A stretch of DNA of 61,382 bases, counting the filler. It is 5 parts of 5 records of this genome, joined end to end, with 100 filler letters (N's around TTAATTAATTAA, not from the genome) between each part and the next. Parts side by side here need not be neighbours in the genome. Positions count along the whole stretch, not along the records: positions 28,149 to 45,675 come from DRR723986_9105; positions 45,776 to 55,983 come from DRR723986_9115; 3 more parts are not named here. One strand, given 5' to 3'. This document shows positions 44,101-53,100 of the stretch, piece by piece. How positions within the stretch are numbered: the first letter of the stretch is position 1; every line of letters starts with the position of its first letter. The translations under genes were made by a program, and so were the position numbers. The notes beneath the pieces were generated by a model that was given only the letters and a program-made list of their open reading frames with translations, ran no database searches and was not told the DNA's origin.

Positions 44101-45375
44101 TGGGAGAGCTTACCCGGGCTTGTAGCCAGTTGCCTTCACATGGACTTCGCCAAATACACGTTAAATATGTTAACTGGTTGGTCAAATAGTAACTTGAGAG
44201 GGTACTTTGGACATTGGATTTTGAATCGAGTGATTACTGAATTTGGGTACGCTGATCCGGGAATAATAGAATACGACAAACATGTTATGTGGAAATACGG
44301 AGCGGGTAGAGGTAAAGAAGTTTGGGCAGAGAGAATTGGCAAAAAGTACCAATGGATTAGTTTAAATCATCTAGCATCTTGGCTGCATGACTCTGTAGAG
44401 CGCGTGGATGATAATTTATATTGGAATGAGTTTACTATCCCACAAATACTGACTCGACTTCGAAAATTCGATCCTACAATGCCAACTTCAATTGCACTGA
44501 AGGAAAGAGAAAAAAGTGTCTGGTGGATTCCTGACCATAAAATACCAATGGTTCGGACACGCAAAGCCTCTGAGAGATGGGTCGAGGGGGTTGACAATGT
44601 TCTGACACTTGGGCACTTGACAAGCATTGTCACACATGGCGATAGCAAATGGAGAATTCTTACAACGTTCCCAGAATGGAGAGAAGAAGTAAACATAGAT
44701 GATGAAGGTACATCAACGCTTGAAAATTGGGCACATGTCAAGGGCTATGTAGTACCTCTATCTATGGTCGATCAGATATTCGGGGCCTTGGAAGGTCGAA
44801 ATTTCTTTAATAATTGGATGCCTCAGGGAATTTCATATCATGAAATATTCATGGGAGAATATCCTTGGGGCACTAATCTTCACCCAGAAGACGAATCAGA
44901 AGAGTATGATACAATTATTTCAAATTGCATCCCCACATGGAATGATGTTTCAGGAGCATGGGAATATGACAAAACTTTGCCAGATAGCTACTCTATACTT
45001 GCTCCAGGTTCGAGTATGATGGAAGGTGTTAAGCTGCAATGGAATCGGAGTGGAGGGTTCAATGATTCACAGAGTGTTACTATTTTTCAAGATCCATCAC
45101 TCTTGGAGGGTGGTCCCAGTACACTTTTAGTTAGTAGTAAGTTTCTAAATGATTATCTGGCAAAAAATCAACTCTCTATTATTTGGACCCTGTTAGGAGA
45201 GAAAATGGTTATTCCTTCAGACAGGACAAAAGAACATTCAATAGTTTATTACAGCCAGGTTGGGGCATTAACCGCTAATGAGAACTTGAGAGTTGGAAAG
45301 GTTTATTTCTTTAGAAATTCACAAGAGAACGTTGGACTTGCCGAAAAGTACAAGAATGGTGACAAGGACATTTGA
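41161..45375 (+). CDS. AVAST-like anti-phage STAND NTPase with N-terminal Mrr-like nuclease domain
   Basis: N-terminal FEEMC...GDGGVE...GIQAKY nuclease motif, Walker A GDAGVGKT, Walker B IVFVDALNE, NPLFL, FAFERLGDFL, long sensor region with ERIGKKYQWI. Confidence 0.8.
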   Translation: MDIDFNHIVERNGSKNNSFEEMCCQLANLHYGESSRYTRIDGKGGDGGVEAIIEIDSGKKVGIQAKYVFDVTNLVKQLKKSIDAALNVYTKFEKYIVCIPFDLSGPTGRKGKSAIQKVQDLLDSYKVQVQEKRISFEIWSKSVLTQRILRLDVNGGMRQFFFNGNVLSEEWFSNKLASAEQTAGPRYSRELNVETELYWWMQAFGKTDEWKSSIESKISSIRDLCGQISEGCQVVKPNPFQPLWPEQHKATALVVVDRLETWTSQIQLAHVEWSASGLDELRNIAKLVSTTENGLLEELKREFGDEFHDTVRFREFHSEFNAAFPAANLDSVRELKTLIDSIDLWIESPQFYLSTQKCFVLTGDAGVGKTHGICDTVKARLSSGSLSCLVFGHQFGAQGDPWLQIADLLGLHSDNGTDGILDQLDAAGRAAGKILIVFVDALNETKPNSFWRNNLASFIHASSTRDFVKVCVSCRSSYLSYCLPRNHDYEIVCHQGFKGVEQGAVNKHFEHFGLLPPISPILHPEFSNPLFLRLVCKSLELKGLDQMPVGWKSMFAVIKTYLEELEIQFSTDFGVSERHKLVSKCLSALAKTLIISESKQLTLSSSVRCLEEISTGIDPLRVIDWLLSSNLLIDDVLPNPESLTEDSLINFAFERLGDFLIAFSLSGGLSHENVLASCEVGGAVHEFIHQRENYENYPGVIQSLSILVPEVVEGCEAVDLLEDSSLKHILHQQIVESIPFRDPGAFSESTEKIIWAAIRTNELCELAFKNLLALCWFPSRLDSLWIDWFLNRLSMVERDRVWCFILYKSYSENASNLKTLIERAAGDNVTVIDKDMAFRWAVGLLWFTASPDLRIRHGSARGATNLMSHHPSIVKDILRIFLHTRDHSVCEMALLGAYGALLTGGDHQALKDSASVICEMIDSDSVTKLQHAQIRDLCTSILYYAKDQKALNENCNIDRLMQPIEVHEEFEIATEEEIEEWESLPGLVASCLHMDFAKYTLNMLTGWSNSNLRGYFGHWILNRVITEFGYADPGIIEYDKHVMWKYGAGRGKEVWAERIGKKYQWISLNHLASWLHDSVERVDDNLYWNEFTIPQILTRLRKFDPTMPTSIALKEREKSVWWIPDHKIPMVRTRKASERWVEGVDNVLTLGHLTSIVTHGDSKWRILTTFPEWREEVNIDDEGTSTLENWAHVKGYVVPLSMVDQIFGALEGRNFFNNWMPQGISYHEIFMGEYPWGTNLHPEDESEEYDTIISNCIPTWNDVSGAWEYDKTLPDSYSILAPGSSMMEGVKLQWNRSGGFNDSQSVTIFQDPSLLEGGPSTLLVSSKFLNDYLAKNQLSIIWTLLGEKMVIPSDRTKEHSIVYYSQVGALTANENLRVGKVYFFRNSQENVGLAEKYKNGDKDI

Positions 45376-45550
45376 TATTAAGTAGTGTCAATTGCACATA
45401 TGTTGAAAGGTTCCATTGAACTTGTCTGCTAGGTTCTTCAAATTTTGCGGCTAGTAATTGCTTATGATGTATATCACCACCAAAACATATTTTTGCATTG
45501 GGAGGGATTCTTTGAACCATGATCTACATCTGTAGCGAGAAAGCGATTTC

Positions 45551-45675
45551 TCACCATCTCAACTCAATCACCCTGCGATTACCGCGTTGCTCATCCTCGA
45601 ACATGTCCATCACGGTCTCTTCACGCGCACCGGCAATGGCGATGAGGAAATTTTCAATGCCTATAAAGGCACGCA
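45551..45675 (-). CDS. 3' end of an unidentified CDS truncated by the contig end
   Basis: Minus-strand frame ...RAFIGIENFLIAIAGAREETVMDMFEDEQRGNRRVIELRW*. Confidence 0.4.
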
Positions 45676-45775
45676 NNNNNNNNNNNNNNNNNNNNNNNNN
45701 NNNNNNNNNNNNNNNNNNNTTAATTAATTAANNNNNNNNNNNNNNNNNNNNNNNNNNNNNNNNNNNNNNNNNNNN
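45676..45775. other. Artificial contig spacer
   Basis: 44 N + TTAATTAATTAA + 44 N. Confidence 0.98.
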
Positions 45776-45804
45776 AAAAGGCCACCTGATCAGGTGGCCT
45801 TTTT
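45776..45804. terminator. Rho-independent terminator downstream of paaK
   Basis: AAAAGGCCACCTG-AT-CAGGTGGCCTTTTT. Confidence 0.8.
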
Positions 45805-45886
45805 CTTTGGCGAAAGGTCTGGAAAGGACCGGCTGATTTTGATGTCTTGGAGAAACGTCCTCCGAACGCCTGGCCTGCGTGTTTCC

Positions 45887-47197
45887 TTATTCCTTGGGTC
45901 TGTTGTCGACGACCCGCTTTGCCTTGCCGGCGGAACGTTCCACTTTGCCGGGCTCGGCAACATCGATCCTTGCGGATACGCCGACCACGCTCTTGATGTG
46001 ATGCGAGAGTTCCTTCGCCGATGCCTGACGTGCGTCACTTGTTGCTGCTGTCGGCAGGGCTTCGACGTGCACTGTCATGACGTCCAGGCGGTCGGACCGG
46101 GAAAGCTCTATCTGGAAATGCGGCGACAGGCCTTGGCATTTCAGGATCTGTTCTTCGATCTGGGTCGGGAATACGTTGACGCCGCGCAGAATGATCATGT
46201 CGTCAGATCGGCCGGTGATCTTTTCCATTCGCCGCATGGACCGGGCTGTGCCGGGCAGGAGCCTGGTCAGGTCGCGCGTGCGGTAGCGGACCATTGGCAG
46301 GCCTTCCTTGGTAAGCGTGGTGAAGACCAGCTCTCCAATTTCACCGTCCGGCAGAACGTCGCCGGTCACCGGATCAATGATTTCCGGGTAGAAGTGGTCT
46401 TCCCAGATGTGGAGACCATCCTTCGTCTCAACGCATTCGTTGGCAACGCCTGGTCCAAGCACTTCCGACAAGCCGTAGATGTCGACGGCATGCATGTCGA
46501 ACGCGTCTTCGATTTCCTTGCGCATTGCGTTGGTCCAGGGTTCGGCGCCGAAGATCCCCGTCGCAAGCGACGTTTCCCGAGGATCTATGCCTTGCCGCCG
46601 GAATTCATCCAGAATGGACAGCAGGTAGGACGGCGTCACCATGATGATGCGCGGTTTGAAATCCTGGATAAGTGTCACCTGGCGTTCCGTCATGCCACCG
46701 GAGACCGGTACAACCGTGCAGCCTAGTTTTTCTGCGCCGTAATGGGCGCCCAGTCCGCCGGTAAAGAGACCGTAGCCATAAGCAACATGGATGATGTCAC
46801 CCGGTCGGCCACCAGAGGCTCGAATGGAGCGGGCGACGAGACCGGCCCACATGTCTATATCGTTGGCTGTGTAGCCAACCACCGTCGGTTTGCCGGTCGT
46901 GCCCGAGGAGGCGTGTACGCGTACGATCTTGTCGCGCGGGACAGCGAACAAACCGAACGGATAATTGTCCCGGAGATCGCTCTTGGTCGTAAACGGAAAT
47001 TTCGACAGGTCCGAGAGGGTTTTCAGGTCGGAAGGGTGTACGCCTTTCTCGTCGAAGCGTTGCTTGAAAAGCGGAACGTTTTCATACGAATGGGTGAGGG
47101 ACCATTGCAGTCTCTTCAGCTGCAGGGCCGACAATTCGTCCCGGCTGGCTGTTTCAATAGGCTCAAGATCTCCCGGTCGCGGAGCCAGATTTTCCAT
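45887..47197 (-). CDS. paaK: Phenylacetate-CoA ligase
   Basis: RVHASSGTTGKPT, YGLFTGGLG, GAEPW, DIYGLSE, RYRTRD, GRSDDM. GGGAGG upstream of MENL. Confidence 0.95.
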   Translation of the reverse strand: MENLAPRPGDLEPIETASRDELSALQLKRLQWSLTHSYENVPLFKQRFDEKGVHPSDLKTLSDLSKFPFTTKSDLRDNYPFGLFAVPRDKIVRVHASSGTTGKPTVVGYTANDIDMWAGLVARSIRASGGRPGDIIHVAYGYGLFTGGLGAHYGAEKLGCTVVPVSGGMTERQVTLIQDFKPRIIMVTPSYLLSILDEFRRQGIDPRETSLATGIFGAEPWTNAMRKEIEDAFDMHAVDIYGLSEVLGPGVANECVETKDGLHIWEDHFYPEIIDPVTGDVLPDGEIGELVFTTLTKEGLPMVRYRTRDLTRLLPGTARSMRRMEKITGRSDDMIILRGVNVFPTQIEEQILKCQGLSPHFQIELSRSDRLDVMTVHVEALPTAATSDARQASAKELSHHIKSVVGVSARIDVAEPGKVERSAGKAKRVVDNRPKE

Positions 47198-47235
47198 ATT
47201 TTCCTCCCTTGAGCAGCCCGCCGGGCCGCTCGCCG

Positions 47236-47673
47236 TCATTCCGGCAAGATTGTACCTTTGGTCGTTCTGGAATTGCCGCGGAATTCGGCAATGACAGTGC
47301 CATTCTGGTTGGCCACCGTCACGTCGTAGAGGCCGGATCGGCCGATACGCGATTTCTCGCTGGCCGTAGCCGTCAAGCGGTCTCCGAGATGGGCCGGTGC
47401 CAGAAACGTGATGTCGCAATGCTGGGCAACCGTAACCTGGTTGTATGTGTTGCAGGCAAAAGCGAAGGCACTGTCGGCGAGCGTGAAGATATAGCCGCCG
47501 TGGCAAATGCCGTGGCCGTTGGTCATGGCCTTCGTAACCGTCATCGCCATCGTCGAATGTCCAGCACGTACATCTTCAAGTTTCATGTCCAGGTGCTGTG
47601 TCGCCGTATCCTGCGACCACATGCGATCGGCGCAGGCGCGCGCAAATTCATCCGGTGTCATTCTGTGCCTCAT
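47236..47673 (-). CDS. paaI: Hydroxyphenylacetyl-CoA thioesterase (hotdog fold)
   Basis: NGHGICHGGYIFTLADSAFAFACN...AEFRGNS. Start possibly 47661. Confidence 0.93.
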   Translation of the reverse strand: MRHRMTPDEFARACADRMWSQDTATQHLDMKLEDVRAGHSTMAMTVTKAMTNGHGICHGGYIFTLADSAFAFACNTYNQVTVAQHCDITFLAPAHLGDRLTATASEKSRIGRSGLYDVTVANQNGTVIAEFRGNSRTTKGTILPE

Positions 47674-48468
47674 TCAAGCGCCGGTAAATCGGGCGGACCG
47701 CTTTTCGAGGAAAGCGGTGACGCCCTCCCGATAATCATTCGTTCGTCCCGCCTGGCGTTGGCTATCGCGCTCGGCGTCCAGTTGCCGATCGAGCGACTGG
47801 TCTGCTGCCGATTGTATCAGTTCCTTGGTAAGCGCAAGGCCGGTGGTTGCCCCTGCGGCCAGCTGCGTTGCCAGCGTTCCGGCCTCCGTCATGAGGTCCG
47901 TGTCCGGAACTGCCTTCCAGATGAGGCCCCAGGAGGCAGCTGTCTCGGCCCCCAACGGTTCGCCCGTCATGGCGAGTGCCTTCGCACGGGCTTCTCCAAT
48001 CAGGCGTGGCAGCAACCATGTGCCGCCCGAATCGGGCACCAGGCCGATCTTGGAGAAAGCCTGGATGAAACGGGCAGACTGGGCGGCGAGGACGATATCG
48101 CAGGCAAGCGCTACATTGGCGCCTGCACCCGCGGCAACGCCATTCACCGCACAGATGACAGGCTTTCTGAGAGCCCTGATTTGCCGAACCAGGGGATTGT
48201 AAAGTGTCTCGAGTGTTACGCCGAGATCAGGTGCCTCGCCACCTCCGCGCATGTCGCGATCGGAAAGGTCCTGACCAGCGCAGAAAGCGCGGCCGGCCCC
48301 GGTCAGCAGCACAGCCCTGATTGAGCTGTCTTCCGTTGCTGTGGTCAAATGCTTACGAAGCGCATGATGCATGGCTTCGTTGAAGGCATTGAGCCGGTCC
48401 GGTCTGTTGAGTGTTAGAAAAAGACAGCCATCCCGCTGTTCAGCGAGCACAGTATCACGGTCTGTCAT
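47674..48468 (-). CDS. paaG: 2-(1,2-epoxy-1,2-dihydrophenyl)acetyl-CoA isomerase
   Basis: LNRPDRLNAF, FCAGQDL, AGAGANVALACD, GLVPDSGG and paa context. Confidence 0.92.
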   Translation of the reverse strand: MTDRDTVLAEQRDGCLFLTLNRPDRLNAFNEAMHHALRKHLTTATEDSSIRAVLLTGAGRAFCAGQDLSDRDMRGGGEAPDLGVTLETLYNPLVRQIRALRKPVICAVNGVAAGAGANVALACDIVLAAQSARFIQAFSKIGLVPDSGGTWLLPRLIGEARAKALAMTGEPLGAETAASWGLIWKAVPDTDLMTEAGTLATQLAAGATTGLALTKELIQSAADQSLDRQLDAERDSQRQAGRTNDYREGVTAFLEKRSARFTGA

Positions 48469-48724
48469 GCACCCCTCCCAAAGCATCACACCTTTTGCAT
48501 GAAAATCGATAATGTTGTGACATTAATGCACGACGAACCGTTCTGGTCAAAGGCAGAATGCAGTTTTCCGGTACGCCAAATCACTTTGGTCGGTTCGCCA
48601 CTGGCAACGCGTCCGGTTTTCAACTCTTGTGAGAAAAGGCGCTTAAAATATGGTCAGCCCGATTCAGCTGATATTTACTTTAATCGTCAATAGTTAGCCC
48701 AGTTTCGGCCAGCGCTAGGGCAAC

Positions 48725-50044
48725 ATGTTTATCCGTAAAACCACCGCTGACAATTTTTCGTTGGACATTCCTCTTGAACTTGAGGAAGGCCCGCCGCCAG
48801 TCGCGTACCGGCGCGTTCTGCAGGTTTTGTCGCTGACTGCGGCGGCTTTTCTGGCATGGGCGGCAATCGGTCAGGTGCGTGAAGTCGCCAGTGCGACAGG
48901 GGAAATTGTTCCGGCAGGCAAGGTGCAGACTGTCGGACACCTGGAAGGTGGCATCGTTGCAGAAGTGTTGGTTCAGGAAGGCCAACTGGTTGAAATAGGC
49001 ACTCCAATCGTTCGGTTGCAGGAAACCGCGGCGTCAAGTGATCTCGAGAAGGTCCAGACCCGCTTGAAGTTTCTGGCGACCGAAGAGCAGAGGCTCGGAA
49101 ATCCGGGTCTTGGCAGTGCCGCCAATGGTCTGAGACTGGGCGCCGATGCAGGCTTCAGCGAAGCGCAACAGGCTGCCTATGACGCGCAACGCCTGGCACT
49201 GGAAAAAGAACAGCAGGCCTTGAAGGCGAGGGTGAGCGAAAAGCAGGCGGAGCTAGCCAGTATCCTTGAACGGATAGCCCTGCAGGAAACCCAGATCGAG
49301 ATCCAGCAGGAACAGTACAAGATCCAGGAAAACCTCTTCGAACAGGGTTACACATCCAAGCGGCGCTTTCTGGAAGCCAAGTCGTCTCTTCAGAATGCCC
49401 AGAGCCTTTTGAGCGAACTGAACGGTATGAGCGGCAGCGTTCGAGCACAGTTGACGGAGGCAACCGCCAGCCTGGAACGTTCGATTGCCGTAGCCGAAGA
49501 GGAGCAGGCCGTAGAGCGCAGCCGGGTTGCGCAGGAGCGCAGTGAGCTGACTTTCGAAGCCGATAAACAGAAAGACCGGTACGACCGACTGTTCGTGCGA
49601 GCTCCGGTCAGCGGGCACATCAAGGCGCTTTATCTCAAAGGTTCGGGCAGTGTACTGGCGCCTGGCGATGTGGTTGCTGAAATTGTGCCGAGCGATAGCG
49701 ATCTTGTTGCCGAGGTTCGTGTTTCACCGCGCGATATCGGCCATGTGGATGTCGGTGACGAGGCAGAAATCGCCGTTACGACCTTCGACCCGAATATCGA
49801 AGGTACCTTGAAGGGGGAAGTTTCCGTGATCTCGGCGTCAAGTTTTCGGGATGAATACGGCAACTACTATTTCAAGGCCATGATCCCGCTGAAAACCAAC
49901 ACGATCGGGCAGGGTGCGCGCGCTGAAACAATCTCGCCAGGCATGGTCGTTGACGCAAAGATCGTCACAGGGTCCAAGTCCGTGCTCCAGTACATGTTGA
50001 AGCCGGTCACCCGCGCAATCGGAGATCCGCTCAGCGAACGTTGA
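48725..50044 (+). CDS. HlyD-family type I secretion membrane fusion protein
   Basis: N-terminal TM, HLEGGIV, coiled coil, RAPVSG, PRDIG, PGM..DAKIVTG..SVLQY.LKP. Confidence 0.92.
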   Translation: MFIRKTTADNFSLDIPLELEEGPPPVAYRRVLQVLSLTAAAFLAWAAIGQVREVASATGEIVPAGKVQTVGHLEGGIVAEVLVQEGQLVEIGTPIVRLQETAASSDLEKVQTRLKFLATEEQRLGNPGLGSAANGLRLGADAGFSEAQQAAYDAQRLALEKEQQALKARVSEKQAELASILERIALQETQIEIQQEQYKIQENLFEQGYTSKRRFLEAKSSLQNAQSLLSELNGMSGSVRAQLTEATASLERSIAVAEEEQAVERSRVAQERSELTFEADKQKDRYDRLFVRAPVSGHIKALYLKGSGSVLAPGDVVAEIVPSDSDLVAEVRVSPRDIGHVDVGDEAEIAVTTFDPNIEGTLKGEVSVISASSFRDEYGNYYFKAMIPLKTNTIGQGARAETISPGMVVDAKIVTGSKSVLQYMLKPVTRAIGDPLSER

Positions 50045-50096
50045 GCCGGGTCATATCCAAATCCCATTTTCCGAATTCTGTCACTGGCAGATAAAT

Positions 50097-50128
50097 GAAA
50101 AGCCCCGCCGTTTCCGGCGGGGCTTTTC
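50097..50128. terminator. Bidirectional terminator between hlyD and the RTX adhesin
   Basis: GAAAAGCCCCGCCG-TTTC-CGGCGGGGCTTTTC. Confidence 0.88.
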
Positions 50129-50156
50129 GTCAGTCACCGCTGTCCGGTGACATCAG

Positions 50157-53100
50157 CTACCAGCGGATTTCCTCAACATCGTTGAAGTTCACACGGCTGC
50201 CGTCTGCAAAGTCGATGTAGCCGTCGGCATCCTGGGAAAGGTCGAGCCTGCCGCCTTCAAGGTCTGTTGTCTCGATCGAGCCGTTGGTGATCGTCACTGT
50301 CCAGTCCGTACCGTATTCGCCGGCGGCAGTGATCCCTGGACCACCACCCAGATCGATAACGTCTGTCCAACCGGCCCCCATGCCTGCGTTGATGGTGTCA
50401 CTGCCGTCGCCCAGGCCGTACATGAACAGGTCGGAACCGTCACCACCGCTCAGGTTGTCGTTGCCAAGACCACCGATGATCACATCATCTCCAGCGCCAC
50501 CGCTGATGTTGTCGTGCCCGTCGCCACCGAAGATAAGGTCGCGGCCGTCACCTGCCGAAATGTTGTCGTTGCCGGTGCCGCCTTCGATCCTGTCGTTGTT
50601 TGAACCGCCTTCGATAACGTCATCACCACCGGCGCCGTCAAGGTGGTACGTATAGTCGTAGCCTGCACCGCTGCCGGTATTGCTTTCGTCAGTATCGTTG
50701 TAGGTGACGTCATATTCGCCGGTAACGGCAATCGAGAAGGATTCACTCGACTGGGATCCATCCGCGGAAGTGGCAGTGATCGTCAGATCGATCGAATTTT
50801 CAATCTCGCTGTCGAAGAACGCATGGTCTGCAATCGTGACATTGCCGTCGGCATCGATCTCGAAGCGGTCGTCACTCAGAGTGTAGGTAACTGCATCGCC
50901 GTTCGGGTCGTCGGCAAAGGCGGTGATCCCAACCTGTGTGCCGGCACCATCCAGTTCGTGGATTGTGTTGGCGGACGCGTTGGTATCGGTCACATCACTA
51001 ATTGGGCGATCGATCAGATGTTCCGATTGGATTTCTCCGTCGGCAAACCTGAAGTTCTCGACGTTGGACACCGTATCGATACCGTCAGGAGCGCCGGAGC
51101 GAAGATCGGAAATCGTGTAGCTGCCATCTTCGTTCTGGACGATGTTGTAGTCTTCCCAGTTACCGGAATAGATGGCGGTATCCGTTCCAGTGCCACCGTC
51201 GAGGCTGTCGTTGCCAGCACCACCGAAAAGAGTATCGTTGCCTTCGCCACCAAGTATGGTGTCGTTGCCTGCTCCTGCCCAGATGACGTCGTTTCCAGTC
51301 CCACCGTCAATCGTCATATCGGTGGTATAAGTGTAGGTGTCGCTGGTCATGTCCAGTATGTCGTCACCGGCGCCCAGATTTACGCTTTCGATGCTGTCAA
51401 TACGTGGCCCGGAAGCTTCTGAGTGCATGCCTGAAAAAGTGTCGTCCAGGAAAATTGCATCGGAGCTTTCGGTGCCCAGCAGCGTGTCTGTACCGTCTCC
51501 ACCTTGGAAGACGTCCGAGTTCATTGTGCGACCTGCAATGGAAACAGTTTCGCCAGTAACTGTGTTGACCGCCGAATAGCCGGACCAAGTGCCGTCACCG
51601 CCCATCTGGAACGTATCATCTCCCTCGCCACCCTGAAGAAGGTCTGCGCCAGCACCACCTGTCAGCGTATCGTTTCCGGCACCACCCTGCAGCTTGTCGC
51701 TTCCAGAAGAGCCGGTGATAACGTCGTTGCCTTCTCCGCCGTCTATATTGCCACCATTGCTATGAGCGGTGATTGAATCGTCGCCCGTGCCACCAGTGAC
51801 AGAAGTTTCAGCAACGCCGGTATCGGTAAAGGTCACACCGCCATTGGCGAGTTGCAGATTCTCTGCAGCATCGGAAACTGTCAGCGTGAAGCTCTTGTTC
51901 GAAGAGGACCCGTCTGTCGACGTCGCAGTCACGGTGATGCTGATTTGCGGTTCGCTCTCGTAGTCAAAGCTGGCGCCGGACGCGACGCGTACCGTTCCGT
52001 CCGCATCTACTGTAAAACGACTGTCGTTGACAGTATAGGAAACGGTGTCGGACGCGTTTGCGTCATCTGCAAATGCCTTAATGCCAACGGTTGATCCTGC
52101 ACTTGCACTTTCGTTGACGGTATTGTTGGCAGCGTCCGTATCCGAAACCGCAGAAATATCTTTCGCGACAAGATCGCCTGCAAGAATGTCGCCATCCGCG
52201 AAGCGGAAGTTCTCAACTCCGACGACAGTGTCGGTTCCATCCGGCGAGCTGGAGCGTTTGTCGACTACCGTGTAGGTGCCGTTCGCGTTTTCGGTAACGG
52301 TATAGTCGGAACGGTTACCGGAATAGATTGCGGTGTCTGTACCGCTTCCGCCGTCGATATAGTCGTTGCCAGCCCCACCTTCGAGCGTGTCGTTTCCAGC
52401 GCCGCCGTACAGCTTGTCGCTGCCTGAGCCGCCCTGAAGGGTATCGTCGTCATTTTCGCCGGACAGGCTATCGTTGCCTGCGCCACCGATCAGTGTGTCG
52501 TTCCCGCTGCCGCCAAAGATGGTGTCGTTACCTTCGCCGCCATCCAGGTAGTTGTCACCGGTGTTCGGCTGGGTGCCACGCTCATCATCGATGAAATCGT
52601 CGCCCGCACCGCCGTAAACGACGTCGTTGCCTTCGCCGAACATGATGGTGTCATTGCCTGCGCCGCCATAGATCGTGTCGTCGCCCGCACCGCTGTATAT
52701 GGTGCTGCCGTCGTCATGAGCGGTAATCGTGTCGGCACTGTCGTTGCCGGTGATGGATGTTTCGGCGACGCCGGTGTCGGTGAAGGTCGTTTGACCTTCG
52801 GCCATCTGATAGGCTTCAGCGACGTCGGCAACCGAAAGAGCAAAGGTTTCCTGAGACGTGGAGCCGTCAGAAGAGGTCGCGGTCACCGTCAGGTTGATGG
52901 TCGGTTCGCTCTCGTAGTCAAACGTTGCTCCGGCGGCTACCGTTACCAGGCCATCGTCGCCAACGGTGAACCGGTTATCGGACACCGTATAGGTTACCGT
53001 GTCGGTCACATCACTGTCCGTTGCCTGAACAGTAATACCGACTGTGGTGCCTTCTCCGGCATTTTCCGCGAAACCATTGGCCGTCGCATCGATGTCGGTC

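Noticed and set aside
28149-45675. CRISPR array, retron or DGR in the island
   Set aside because: No regularly spaced direct repeats, cas genes or reverse transcriptase motifs seen by eye.
48530-48550. Possible TetR/PaaR operator (GACGAACCGTTCTGGTC) upstream of paaG
   Set aside because: Imperfect palindrome and no regulator on the contig; too weak to call.
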